Part shown: piece after piece, positions 1-13,600 of the stretch
How the letters are laid out: each line of letters begins with the position of its first letter
Position numbering within the stretch: position 1 is the first letter of the stretch
NCBI RefSeq assembly: GCF_000315625.1
Contig: NW_005434647.1
Span: 114,103 to 178,102 of the forward strand
Direction of reading: 5' to 3'
Source of the DNA: Guillardia theta CCMP2712
Lineage: Eukaryota > Protista > Cryptophyta
DNA length: 64,000 nucleotides
Translations under genes and position numbers: made by a program
Notes under the pieces: generated by a model
The model's database searches: none
Seen by the model: the letters and a program-made list of their open reading frames with translations, nothing else
Told to the model about the DNA's origin: nothing

Positions 1-1044
1 CACTTTGGCAGGAGCGCCCGACCCTAGGGAGTCAGGATCGCATGTGGCTGAGGGAGGCAGTCAGTCATAGCGTCCGCCACCACCATCATCAATGTCATCA
101 TCATCATCAGCAGCAGCAGAAGCGGCAGCATCACCGAAGTCTAGCTTCTTGGAGTGATAAGTTGGCTGCCATGAAGCAACGTGAGAGTCTGCGTTTGTTT
201 TCTTCTTCGCATGTCCACCGGACGATTGCGACGACATGCCCTTGCATGCTGGCAACCCCCAGGCCTTGTTTGCCAGCAGGGGTCTTGTGATCTTTGAAGC
301 TTTGAACGACCTCATAGCGCGGAACGAGAAAAAGAAGAGTCTGAACGCACACAACATGAGTGTAATGCCGTCAGTTTTCTCTTGGTGCGCACTCTCAACA
401 TCTGGTTTGCTGTCATATGCTAAATCAACTTTTTGTAGCTTCTGAAATTCACTCGAAGATGCGTTGAGAGGCTACCGGATCACAACAAATGCTCTCTTGA
501 TCATTAGCAAGACTGCTCGAAATCAGATAAACCAGGCCTATCATTACGCGACTACCACTCGCATAGAATTCCTCTGCCTGATGAATTCTTGTTCGGTGTC
601 GAACTTCTAGAAAGCTAAGAGGTCATTGCAACACTTGAATCCTTCTCCAATTCTTTTCAATTTTTCTTTCTATACTTGTCTTCGTTCTTGAATCATGTTA
701 TCGTTTCCTTAGCTCACTGCTACGTCGATATCCTCATTGTCGCTTCGTCTCCCTACAATCTTCCTCCCCTCTCCCTTCTCCGGATTGCATCAACACAAAC
801 TTTCAATATTTACTACCCTACCCCCATCGACCCACCCTCACACCGGATTTGCAGGGGGTGAACGCTTGAAACAGAGGGCGGAGAGCCCGTCCAGGGGGTA
901 GCCAATCTTGATAGGGTACTGAGATTGCAAGGGTAGTTTAATCTGGACCATGAGTCAAACAGTGGGGTACTTAACTATCATTTAGGGGGTACGAGTGTGA
1001 TGATGGGCAAAAGAGGGGGTACTTGACTCCGGGTACAATTTGGT

Positions 1045-1097
1045 GGAGGTAGGTAGGTAAGTGGGTGGGTGGGTGGGTGGGTGGGTGGGTGGGTGGG
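1045..1097. repeat. (GGTA)/(GGGT)n microsatellite, potential G-quadruplex
   Basis: About 9 tandem GGGT units inside a GGGT/ACCC-rich intergenic island. Confidence 0.9.
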
Positions 1098-2648
1098 TAG
1101 TAAAACAATGCACAACTCATCTCATGAATACGCCTCAACAACCTACCCCACCCCCTTACGAGCTTACCCCTTTAAATCTTATACCCACCCCTTTGACTAA
1201 CTTTGCTATGAAAACCTTCACGATTGATCAAGATGGGGTGGGGTGTGTTCAACCACGTTGAAGTGGGGTTTGTAATCCCTTAGGGTGGGTTACCAAAAAG
1301 GGGTGGGGGTGGTCCTCCATCGATTCCCAAAGGACCGAAGTTTGCTGGGGTTTGTTAGTGTTGCAGCCTCTTACCAGGGTGGGTAGTGCGATCCCCCGGG
1401 GGCCGGGGTACCAGGAAACCCGGAGGCCGAGGGGTGGCAACACATGGGATCACATGGGGTGGGTACATGAATTCAGAGTTGGAGTCGAGATAAAGGGTGG
1501 GTGGTGCACTTAAAGATGGTGGGTCCATGACCCCCCAGGTCACAGCAGGAAATCCCTCAGCTGACTAGGCTAGTGGGGTGGGTGAACCTTTTACACCGCT
1601 AGACCCGGGTAAAGTCCCGGTACATCCGCCGTCAAATAGGGGTGGGGGTATACACCCGTACCCACCAGGAACCTCATCGTGACCTTTCCCCCTGTAACCT
1701 GCAACGGACTGACCACTCTGGTCAAATCTCGTGGTCAAACCAGTCAAACCCTCACCCGGTACGTCACTCGGTGACTCAGTGTCGGGCCCGGTGGCGGCCC
1801 GGCTGGTGGACTTATTAGTTTTATGTTGGTACATGATTTTAACTTAATCTTGAGTAAACAATGAATAGATGATTGAAACATGGTACAAAAATTGAACCCA
1901 TTGGAGAATATTTTTAGAAATATTTGTTGGAAAGCGGTTTATTACATATTCGTATCAGTACCAACTTATATAATAAAGTATAATATAAATATTAATGGTA
2001 CAAATTTAAGTGTAGAGGTACACTCGAGCAGCTACCAAAACTTTTAAGATTAAATCTTTTGTAAAGGCCGGCCTGCTTTAGTGCCCACGATGGTGAATTA
2101 GGGGATGCCATGAAAGCTCGTAGGAGACGGGAGAAGAGGTGCGAGAGGAGGGAGGAGGAAACAGAGGAGAAGGCAGAGAAAGAAGTAGAGGAAGGAGCTG
2201 AAGAGATGTAGATAGCGATGCGAGCAAGGGCAAGGGCGATGGTAATGGCAATGGGAGTCAGGAAGAAAAGGACACATGATGGGAGGGACGAAGGCAGTTC
2301 GGTGGAAGTTCTCAGGATGATTGATACCAGGATGAGATTAAGGTGATTCAAATTGCACGTTTGCGACCGATGTATCGAGTTGCCCTGCTGGCACCGATGG
2401 ATTGAGCTTTGGGTGCGGATCGGGGTGTAGGAAGTGCTTTGTTGCTTTCATGGAATTGTGCTTGTGAGTGGCAAACATGATCTCGATACAGTACACAAGT
2501 TACTTGCTTGATCTCGATCGTTTCTTTCGCTGGAGCTGCTGCGCTGAAAGTATATATATATGTCCTGAAATTTCATATTCAGCCACAGTACCGGTACAGA
2601 ACAAGTTTAGAAAGGGTAGTACAGCTCAACAGGTGTCGTGACCTTTTG

Positions 2649-3443
2649 ATGCAGTTGATGAGCTCTGTGCGGACTGTCCGACCCCGGAGGAGCAACGCGA
2701 CTGCCGCTAGACTCATCTCCTTCGTCCTCTGCGTCGAGTGTTGGCTGGTCAAGCACGACTGTGCTCTGGCCGTAGCCGAGCACGAGCGCCCAACAGTGCG
2801 GGCACATCGGCAGGAGCATGCGCACTCCCACCTTGGCTTCCTAAGCGCCAACGTCAACCTTGCGAGGAGGAAGACGTTCTCGGCGTGTCCTGCCGCCCCG
2901 ATGACGTGTAGCCAAGGGCAGCGCAGGAGGCTGATGAGGATGAATGGGGAAGCCGAGAACGACGGAGTCTGTAACCCCAGGAGCAAGAAGGTTGCGATCA
3001 TCGGGGCTGGAGCCGCAGGCTTGGCTGCCGCCAAGCAGATGCGGCTAGCAGGGCATGAGGTGACGGTCTTCGAACAGACCGGGGAGGTAGGAGGGGTGTG
3101 GCAGTACAGCAATCAGACAGAAGGAGATCCACTGGGGCAGGTGGGGGTAGAGGAGCGCGTGCACTCGTCCATGTACGAGAATCTCCGCACAAACCTCCCG
3201 AGAGAGGTCATGTCTTTCTCCGACTTCGACTTCGACACCTCCTTCGGCGACCCACGTCGCTTCCCCCACCACAGCGCCGTTTTCAACTACCTCGTCGCCT
3301 ACAGCGAGGTCAACGGTCTCAGGGAGCACATCGCCTTCCGGAGAAGGGTCCTTTCCATCGAGCCCTGCGCGAGCCAGCAGGAAGGAAGAGGTTTCCAAGG
3401 GCATTCTTGGTTGTTGAAGCACGCGCCCTCCTCCGCTTCGGAG

Positions 3444-3479
<36 letters not shown>

Positions 3480-5188
3480 TCGAGTGTTTCCGATCACTTC
3501 GATGCCGTGGCTGTGTGCAACGGGCACTACAGCGAGCCTTTCCTGCCCGAGCTGGAGGGGAGCGAGATCTTCTCCGGGGTGGTGATTCACTCGCACAACT
3601 ATCGCAGCCCCCAGCAGTTCTCGGGCAGGAACGTGCTCGTCGTGGGGGCCTCGGCGTCGGGAGAGGACATTTCAAGGGAGGTTGGGGCCGTGGCGAACCA
3701 AGTCTTCCTGTCTGCTCGGTCCTGGCAGGTGACGGCACTGCACGAGTTGATTCGTGTGCTGATGCTGACTTGATGGTGATGGTGATGATCATGATCATGG
3801 TGGTGGTGATGGTAAACATGATGATGATGACGATGCTGTTGTGCTGTGCCGATGCTGCCTTGATGCTGCCTCCTCCTGGCTGACTGGTAGGTTGCCTCCT
3901 CCTGGCTGACTGTTGGAGGCAGAACCCGGAGTGGGGGCATCCTAACGCCCCTCCCTTCGGAGAGAAGAGGAACATCCATAGGCGCCCCACCATCGCTCGC
4001 TTCCTCGGGCATGACAGCGTGCAGTTCGACGACGGACGGGTCGCAGAGAAGCTTGATGCGGTCATCTACTGTACAGGCTACAGGTGAGCTTGACGAAGTA
4101 CCATAGAAGCTGCTGACATTTCTGCTCCTTCTCCTCCTTTCTCCCCCGGCTTCTCCTCATCTTCCTCCCCTCCCCGCGCTCCTTTGCATCGCTTCCTGTG
4201 CCATTTCTTCTGTCCTCGCCCAGGTATCATTTCCCCTTCCTGCAGACAAGTGGAGTAGTGGACGTGGAGGACAACGCCATCTTTCCTCTCTACAAGCACA
4301 TGCTCCCTCCTTCCATGCCTTCCATCGCCTTCATCGGCATCCCCGCCAAGATCGTCCCCTTCCCTCAGTTCGAGATTCAAGCGAGATACGCTGCCAAGGT
4401 CTGGGCGGGAGAAATCCAGCTGCCCTCTGAGCAGAAGGTCAGCACAACATCCCTCTTTGCGGGCCCTGGAGAGGCTCAGCGGCTCCTCACCTCTGCTATC
4501 CCCTCCTCTCCCCTCCCCTCCTCTCCTCTCCTCTCCTCTCCTCTCCTCTCCTCTCCTCTCCTCTCCTCTCCTCTCCTCTCATCTCCGTTCCCCTGCCCTC
4601 CCCGTCCTCTCTCCCCCCTCCTGTCCCCGAAAGAGTCTTGACTTTAGGATTATCCAGATGCTGGAGGAGGTTACGGCTGAGTGGGAGAGAAAGAAGGAGC
4701 TCGGTGTCCCTCTCAAGTACTTCCACGTCCAGGGAGGAGATCAGGTAGCGCAGGCCCTGGGATCACTTGCTCGCTCACGCTCTTCCCACAGTTCGAGTAC
4801 AACGACGAGCTGCTCTCGCTCTGCAACGCAGATCCGCTGCCAGGTCCCTTGTAATCCGCTGCAGCGAAGCAATGGAGCTGACTCCTCCTGCAGAATGGAG
4901 GATGTACATGTTCTCACAGTGTGGGCAGAACAAGCGCAAGTTCCCTGAGGTCAAGACGAGGAAGGAGGAGGGAGGAGGGAGGAGGGAGAGAGGAAAAGAA
5001 GGAGGAGGGAGAGAGGAAAAGAAGGAGGGAGGATGGAGAGGAGAGGAGAGGAGGGGATGGGAGCGGGTCAGGGAGGGGAGGGCTTTCGCTCTTGACTGTG
5101 CTTTCAGAGCTACCGGGATACTCCGCTGCCAACCATTGAAGATTATGAGCAGATGTTAGCGAGAGCCAGGCTAGCTGCGGCTCGATGA
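2649..5188 (+). CDS. Flavin-containing monooxygenase (FMO family), 7 exons
   Basis: FAD motif VAIIGAGAAGL, EQTGEVGGVW, FMO motif FSGVVIHSHNY, NADPH motif VVGASASG, IYCTGY, C-terminal KFPESYRD. GT-AG exons approx 2649-3728, 3923-4083, 4224-4437, 4658-4744, 4792-4843, 4894-4949, 5108-5188. Start codon uncertain. Confidence 0.92.
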
Positions 5189-6032
5189 TGACCATGGAGA
5201 AAAGAATATTTATTGCATCTTCATCATCAGAGAAGCAGCAGCGTGTTGGTAAGGAAAGATGCGAAAATGCAGTTGAGCTAGACAGAAAGCAAGATAGAGA
5301 GAAAGAGAAAGAGAATAGAAACAATGTATCAGTTCACGAACAAATCATTCAACATGTGCTTCATGCGGCCCCGCTGTCAACTTGTAAGTGCTCATCATGG
5401 TTGTGTTTACAAGGTTTACCTTTCCTCCCGTGAGTGACGCGATTGGTTCGATCCTATCCTCCTCCATATCGCAGACCTGCCGGGCGGATGAGGTTGCCCG
5501 AGGCGTCAGCTTGATACTGACCTTGCATCCGATGCTCGTTGAGAGATCGCACGTCCGAAGTTACCCATGGCCGACATAAACCTGCATCCACCGTCAGCGT
5601 CTCCCTGACAGTCCTTGCGGCACCACCTGCTGGAGCTTCGCCTGGACCCCGAGGAGTTGCTAGTGCTGTCTCGTCCTAGCCTCCTGAGCCCATCAAGTCA
5701 GAAGGACGACGCGCGTGTGGCTCCCTCTCACCGATCACTTGAGAAATTGTCCATAGGGGAATCAGCCTCCTAAGCGGCATTCAGAACAGAACCCCGGCAC
5801 CATCACAATCAAACCGTGCTCCTCAAACGAGTCCTGCTCAGCGTTCTTCGATCATCACTCCTCCGCATACGAATGCCTGCTCATCATCAGTCCTTGCGAA
5901 GATGCTTCCAACTGAAAGCTTCGTCCAGAAGCTTACCTTGAGAGGTCGACGTCGTGCCCTCAGTCCTTGAGCGCCTTGCGAACCTGCATTCACGTGTCAG
6001 AGGTGCAATGTACTTCTGTAATCCTTGTCGCT

Positions 6033-7421
6033 TCACCTCGTTGAGTTGTTTTCATTCGCCGCATTCATTTGCGCAGCTGCAGCAGTGACCAGACTGAGGT
6101 CGAACAGAGTTTCCAAGATGTTGGTGGCGTATTGAATGGTTTGAGCGCGGTCAGCAGCCCCAGCCTCGAAGAAGGAGTTCGGTGCCGCTTCAAGCTCATG
6201 GCGGCATGACGGGCATGTGTTAACTTTCTTCAGCCAGGGCAGAACGCAAGCAGAATGGAAGTCATGCTTGCAAGGGAGACGCGTGAGTTCTTGGCCACAC
6301 TCGTAATCATCTTGGCAAATAGCGCAGGTATCCTCGGTGACTTGGGTCGATCCTTTCTCGTACGTCAGGGTCTCAAGTGCCTTTAGGGCGTTGGTGGAGG
6401 CAGGGCGATGCTGCGTTGAGCTCTCCATCCCAACTCGCGAGATTTCTTGAAGAAACCTCGCTGGACTCCGCCTGACAGGCGTGAGCCTTCGAAACGTGTG
6501 TGTAGTGCTGAACGAGCATGATCAGACAGACACACAAGGCATGCAATCACTCACTCGTGAATGCGCGATCCATTGCGGCGGGAGAGCGCAGCATGGCAGT
6601 TCTCACACAGATCGAAGTCCCCGCACTGGCAGCACTTGTACCGCGCACCCACGATTGGGTGCATCTGGCAACCGTCACAGATGATGTTGGGGTGTATTTC
6701 CCTCGTCTCCGAATATCTTGAGAATGGCCTCCCGATCCTATCATCCCCCAGTGTTAGCTGTGAGCTGGACAAGAGTTCACGGAAGATCTGAATCTGCAGA
6801 TCCCTCCCTGCCCTCTCCCCAGAGTTCCTGTGCCAACCCATCGGCGCCATCCGCATGGCGCGGTCACGCATGAACATGTATTGGTTCCTCCTACTGCTAT
6901 CGCCCGACGTTATCTCGACGAACTCGCTCCCACAGTGCACGCACTGCAGCGGGCTGCCAGCAGTGTACCTCTCCTCCGTGCGGCACTCGTGGCACCGAAG
7001 AATTTGAACCTCCTCCTCGCTCTCATCACCGTTCTCCCCCCCGTTGTGCTCCTGTGGAATGTCCATGCTGTCATTGGAGTCGCTCCCTTGGTTGTTCTCA
7101 GATTGGGTGTTTGAGTCCTGCGTGCCTGTGTTCGACCGTGGTCCGTTCCTTTCTGCTCCCGCAGCATCCGAAACGTCATCTGAGATCTGTAGCTCTTCGA
7201 CCCGCTCTTCTATAGTGATGTTCTGCACGCAATCATTCAGAAGCAAGGCGGAGGGCTTCCAGCATCGCACCTCTGGCACATAGATGCTGCGATCGTTGTC
7301 AATCTCTTCATACTGAACAGCACCAGCTAAGGAACGGTCAGAATCCAGCACGCGCGGGTCAGAGGAGAGTACCTTCGTTGCCGGAGCTCACACTCGTCGC
7401 ATCCGATTCCCGACGACTCAT
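6033..7421 (-). CDS. RING-H2 E3 ubiquitin ligase with RNF115/126-type zinc ribbon and a ZZ zinc finger
   Basis: CHEC...[10 protein letters not shown] zinc ribbon, ZZ domain [34 protein letters not shown], and PASTNAL...CAICQDDY...[31 protein letters not shown]2. Spliced from ORFs 6551-7351 and 6033-6428. Start uncertain. Confidence 0.85.
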
Positions 7422-9462
7422 GCTTTCCCTGAGACAGCATCGAGTCATTGCATCAGCGACAATGCGAAACGAGCAAGGGCATGGGCGGCCTCCTGCCCTG
7501 CCCAGCGGCGACCTTTCACTTTCGTTTGCGGGCATTCGTGTCTAGCATGCCTCAAAGCCCTAAAGTACCTGTCTCTGACACCATGACAACCTCGGCATCG
7601 TGCCTATGATGATTCTAGATGGTATTGAAGGGCAGACTTCAGCACGAAGGAGCAGGAGGAGCAAGGGACTCTCATTGGGAAAGGGTCGATATCATCTCTT
7701 CCAGTGAAGCTCCAACACCAAGTTCAAGAGGTCCTGACCAACAAGTGCGAGCGGAACAGTCGTCATACACGAGCAGGGTGATAGTGTCGGGACGAGGATA
7801 TGAGAAGAGCAACGGGGATGCGCGAAGGATGGTGTAAGGATGAGCACGAAACGGAGAGGTCCACAAACAAGTACCAAGGGATGCCATGAGGACGCGACTG
7901 AGCCACACACAGGAAGGGATTCAGTTCAGCATGAGAAAGACACGAAGAGGGAGGAGGGGAGGAGGGGAGGAAGGCCGATCGAGGCGCGTTCACACGCCGG
8001 CATCGCCGCGGTTCCTATCATGTTTACTACCCCTGCATCTCCCCGCAAAAACAAGCATATTATAAATCACAATTATATCTGGCTAAGTATGGTAGGTACA
8101 TCTAACTGATCTGTACCATTCCTCTATAGCTGTATTCGACGTTATTTTGTACCACCACATTCTAATTTTCTTTATAAACATAAAAATATTGTATCGATTC
8201 TTGGACTACCCCACCCCTTAATTTGACATGCGTCCGGTAAAATCTAGTCGCTACCCCATCACTTGACTGGCAGATTGAGGGGTGGGTTAGCCCTCAATGT
8301 CCTTTTGCCCCACCCTGTGCACCCTCTTGCTAGCACCCCTACCCTTACCAGTCTCAATTTACTCCTGGGGTACCCACCTCTATGACCGGAAAATTGCTTA
8401 TCGAGCACCCACAGCTTCAGGCTTCTACCCTCTTCGACCATGACCCCTACATACAAGTTGAGCCCTTTCGAAGTCAACAAGAGGGTCACCACCACCACCC
8501 CCATGAATCCCATGTCATGAGACTGGTGGGTAGGTGGTGTGTGTATTAAAGATGGGGAGACGCAAGAGCGGATTGGAGGGGTGGTAAGTGAGTCAACTTC
8601 TAGGGTGGGGTAGTTACCTGGTACAGTGTAGCGAGAGGACGTTTTGTGTAGGGTAGTCCCGAGTGAGAATTTTTTGAAGTTGACCAGGGTGGGTGGTAAA
8701 GTCACCGGTACATAATTGATGAGCCCGTGGGGTATTTGTGGGATATGAACTCGAAGTACCGGTGTCAGATCCTCTCCTTCATGGGATGGGGGAGGTAGGG
8801 TGGGAGGTTTCATCTTTCCAAATGGAGTACAAAAAGGTGGTTTGTAGAATTAAAACTGTTTTCCCATTTATATGTATAGTATAAGTTGTACCGGTGTGGG
8901 CCCCCTTTTGTACTGAACATCTACAACAGAGATCCTGCAGTGAACTTTCTACTCCGATGATCAGTGTGGATGGGGTGAGAGTAGATGGGGTGAGAGTAGA
9001 TTTTCAAGACAGATGCCCTAACCTGTTGTTCTTGTCTGCATCGGTGCACTTGCACTTGTCTCATGACCAAGCTGTGATGTCTCTTTGACAGTGTACCTGT
9101 GCTTCCTCACTGCCATGGTGCTGCGTAGCTGTACTGTCTCTCCATCTGTGTGCTCAAGTCTAGGCGAAGAACAAGGTCAGGTCCAAGTACACCCATCCAT
9201 CCTGCCCTCCTATGCTCTGTTTCGCACTACTAGAATGCCACAGAGGACAAACTATTCATGATAGGAACAAGATTGTGACGTAAGAGGACACGAGATGGGA
9301 GGAACAGTGGGAGGAATAGTAACACAGCAGAGCTCGTTCCATGGAGGGAATGGGGAGTGCGACTTACACGCAGAATCTTGCATGCGATGGCATGTTGCAC
9401 TCCAATAATGCAGAGACGCACATGTAGTTGTAGCCGACTACCATCGACGTCAAAGAATGCTT

Positions 9463-9755
9463 GGTATATCTATGCTTGGCATTGTAACTTTCCGAACATC
9501 ATTCGCCAGGGAAAAAGGGGACTTGTGTCGAAGAAAATCGTAGAAGTCAGTGAAGTATGATCAGCTGCATTCCAACTGGTGGGGTTTCAAGCCTGGCAAG
9601 TTCCAACTGGTGAGGTTTCAAGCCTGGCAAGTTCCACATTGCTTGGAATGCAGCTGATCATACTTCACTGACTTCCACGATTTTCTTCGACACAAGTCCC
9701 CTTTTTCCCTGGCGAATGATGTTCGGAAAGTTACAATGCCAAGCATAGCTATACC
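9463..9755. repeat. Long inverted repeat (113-bp arms 9463-9575 and 9643-9755) with internal 31-bp tandem repeat
   Basis: Arms are reverse complements with 2 mismatches seen. TTCCAACTGGTGRGGTTTCAAGCCTGGCAAG occurs at 9570-9600 and 9601-9631, with a partial third copy at 9762-9787. Confidence 0.93.
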
Positions 9756-10661
9756 CAGGCTTGAGGTTTCAAGCCTGGCAAGTTCCACCATGATTGCTGT
9801 AAGTCATGTCGCCACTGCCGAGCCTCGGAGTGGCAGCCGACTCCGGCGAGTCGTGGCCGGGCCCCCGGGGGCCCGGGGCCAGGCCGGGATGATGTCGGAG
9901 ACTCTCATTGGATGATCTTTAACTTTGAGTAAAGTAAAGGATGATCATGGGCCGATCAGCCTCCTCGAGCCGCTGAGTGACTCCGCCCCCGCCCGGCCCC
10001 GGGGAACTTGAATCGAGTCCACTGAGGCGGACCGCACGGCTCAGGCTGGCCGGGCCGGCCGCCGCCCCCCTGCGGTGACGAGTTTGGTCAAACATTTACT
10101 CAAACTTTATTAAGTTACTAAAAATCAGTATATCATAGGCTGACGGTGGGTACTACCGGCGTGACTGGCCGCTGCGGCGGTCAGTTGCCAGCCTGCCACG
10201 GCTGAGAGTCGGACGGGTGACTGACGGCTGAGAGTCGGACGGGTAACTGACTCTGTGAGAGCCTCGGAGCCTCCGGCCCGGGAGCACTGCCCGGCGCCCG
10301 CAGAGCAGACTGAAGTGCACTTAGTAACTGGCGCGCAGGGACTGCCTACTACCGTACGGCGGCAGAGCCCGCCCGGGCGCCCTCGGATCGGACCGCGGTG
10401 TCAGTGGGCACAGGTGCTGCACAGGTGTCAGCCACGGTCACCGGGTGCCACGGTGTGGGCAGCCGTGTTGGGATGAGGGGCTCGGAGAATGAGTGGGGGG
10501 ATGAGGGTACGGGGAGTGGAACTGTCGAGGTAGAGGATCAGCAAAGCTTCTCTTGGACGAGAAGGAGGGACGCTAGAGGAGGGAGCGAAACAGCAGTCGG
10601 GCGCGAGGACAGACGGCAAGAGGTAGGTAGCTGAGGAGACTCTGTCTCGAGGTGCTGGAGG

Positions 10662-13600
10662 ATGGCAGGGAAGAAGGGGAAGGGGAAGAACGATCCCCCT
10701 CCCTCCTCCTCCTCCTCCTCCTCTGCCAGCACAAAGTTGGACCATGTGGGACAAACACCAGGAGGCTCGGCAGCGGGTGCGGAGAAGACGGGCAAGGATA
10801 AGGATGCGACGAGACAAGATCAAGAAAACCCAGGGGACAGGGTGAGAAACGGCCTGCCCAGTGAGAAGCATTCAGCCGCGGGGAGCAAAGTACGCCGGAT
10901 GAGCACAGTTGGAGCTCGGTGCGTGAGCTATATTCTTGCAAGACGAAGGTTCTCCCTCGTCGTCGGGCTCTTCGTAGGACTGGCTGTCCCTTGGGCGGGT
11001 CACAACCTTGGGATCTGGGACACTGAGCTGCCTCTGCAAGGTTGTGCTGTTGATGATCCTGCAGCGGCGCTGACGCCTCTCTTGGTTCAGTTCTAGATGA
11101 GTACGTGAAGAAGTCGAGGAACGCCTTCGATCAAGCAAGGAGGGAGATTCAAGTATTCTCCCCGACAGACCTCCAGTTGGAAGCTTGCTGCATCCTGCCT
11201 CCTGCCCTCTGCCTGACGAGCTTGCCAGGTTGTTCTATCAGCTCCGAGAAATCATGGACTTCACACCCAAGGCACCGTCCAAGAACGCGAGTTGCGAGCG
11301 TCCAGGAGTGAACCTGTGGGCGGTAAGGATTCGGAGCATCTCGAGCTTGCCTATTCTCACCAGCAGACAGGACGGAGTTCGGGCGAAGCACCCGGTCGTG
11401 ATGCTGCCTGGGATTGTAACCACCGGGTTGGAGTTGTGGAGCGGGGAGGACTGTGCGAAAGGTTACTTCCGACAACGCATGTGGGGACGCGGAGGCGAGA
11501 GAGGGAGAGTCTGAAAGTTGTTGGGCAGGTGGGGGACCATGACGATGGTGCAGAACATGCTTCTCAACACCAAGTGCTGGCTCCGGCATATGGCCCTGGA
11601 CCCTGTCACGGGGCTGGACCCCCCCAACATCAAGCTGAGGAGCGCGCAGGGGTTCGAGGCCGCAGACTTTGTGGTGGGGGGGTACTGGGTGTGGTCGAAG
11701 CTGATAGAGAACCTGGCGGACATCGGGTATGACCCCTCCTCCATGTTCATGGCCTCCTATGACTGGCGGCTGGCATACCCGCTGCTGGAAGACCGGGACC
11801 AGTTCTTCACGAGGCTGAGCTCTCAGGTGGAGGTGATGGTGGACGGCAACGGGGCCAAGGCGATCCTGGTTGCGCACTCGATGGGCGGCAACGTGCTCTT
11901 CTACTTCCTGCACTGGGCAACAGCCAACAGGAGGAGAGACTGGGTGGACAAATACATCCACTCTGTGGTCGGGCTTGCGATCCCCTGGCTGGGAGTTCCC
12001 AAGGGAATCAGCGCTGTACTGTCAGGGGAGGCGAAGGATACGGCGGAGATGGGCGTGATGGGTGGTATCCTAGATCATCACCTCCCTCGGAGGGAGCGGA
12101 GGAGGCTGTTCCGGTCATGGGGCAGCGCTCCGAGCATGTTTCCCAAGGGAGGAGACGTGTTCTGGGGAGGGAGAAACAAGAGCTTTCCAGCTCCCGACTT
12201 GCTGGACGACGAGGAGAAAGCATGGAAGTGCGCAAGCCTCCTGCATATGGAGGGGGAGGACCTGAGTGTGGAGGAGGCCATCGACTACGTGCTGGAGTCG
12301 AGCAGCAAGGGGCCAGTGCAGGACGGGCAGTTGGCCAACTATCACAAGTGGTACTCGCACGGGCTGAGGACGACGCCCTTCGAGAACGACAGCAGGAAGC
12401 GGAAGCGAACTCACCGCTCCTCGGACAAGAGCGAGCAATGCTCATCGCAGGAGCTGGGGAACGAGACCAAGTACTGGACGAACCCCCTTGAGATGCCCCT
12501 CCCTTTCGCTCCCAACCTCACCATCTACTGCCTCTACGGGGTGGGGAAGGAGACGGAGGTCCTCGTCCTTGAAAACTCTTGCTCCTCTTCGTTTTGCTCA
12601 TGTTGCTTCCAGAGATCTTACTTCTACAAGAGGACAAACAAGAACATCTCGAAGAATCAGACCGACGGTGGGGAACATGCACTCGCCGACTCTCACTCTC
12701 TCTCCTGCACCCTCAGCTTTCCTCCTTCTCTCTCCTCCTTGTCCTCTCACTTGCTGCTGCTCTCTAGCTCACTGCTCCCATCCCAGATGCTCAGGACATG
12801 GAGGATGTTGAGTGGCGTATCGATACTGCCCTCGAAGACTCGATGGTGAAGAGAACAAGGAAGCCAGGGGCAGAGAGAGGGGGGAAGGGAGAGAGCAGGG
12901 GGAGAGGATGGAGACAGGGAAGCTGAGAGAGGAGTGGGACAGGGAAAGTGGAGGGAGGCAGGAAGACAGGGAGGGGGAGATAGTGGGGGCGTGAGATGTT
13001 CACTTGCTGTGCTCAGACTTCTTTGGGCATCATCAGAGGACACGGAGACGGCAGCGTTCCCCTGCTCTCCCTCGGATTCATGTAGTACTCGCTGCACCCT
13101 CCCTCCCTCCTTACCCTCCCTCCAGGTGCCAACGGGGTTGGAAAACCCGTCACTGGAACCCTGCTGGATCTAAGGTGGACTTGCTGCTCCCCCAGCCTCG
13201 CTCTCTCCTCCCCTTCACTGTCCTGCTCCTCCTGCTCCTTCTGCTCCTGCTCCTCCTGCTCCTCCTCCTCCTCCTTCTGCTCCTGCTCCTCCTGCTCCTT
13301 CTGCTCCTGCTCCTCCTCCTCCTCCTCCTCCTCCTCCTCCTCCTCCTCCTCCTTCTCCTTCTCCTCCTCCTCCTCCTGTTCTTGCTCCTCCTCCTCCTCC
13401 TCCTGCTCCTCATACTCCTGCTCTGCAACTGTCCCACTGTTCCCGGCACCTTCTTATGACCTTCGCGTCAGACTGTCATCCGCGAGTACGTCCACGAGCC
13501 TTCATCTAACTTCATCGACATGCGTGGGGGAGACACTTCAGCGGGTGAGCGAGGAGGAGGAGGAGCAGGAAGAGGAGCAGGAGGGCAGGAGGAGGAGAGA

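Noticed and set aside
5454-5990. Possible small multi-exon gene on the minus strand (similar hints at 1-720 and 7600-8020)
   Set aside because: Splice-like signals are present, but no consistent reading frame or recognisable product could be built
9570-9787. Three ~31-bp repeats resembling a CRISPR array
   Set aside because: Two copies are directly adjacent with no spacer, the third is separated by an inverted-repeat arm, there are no cas genes, and the context is eukaryotic
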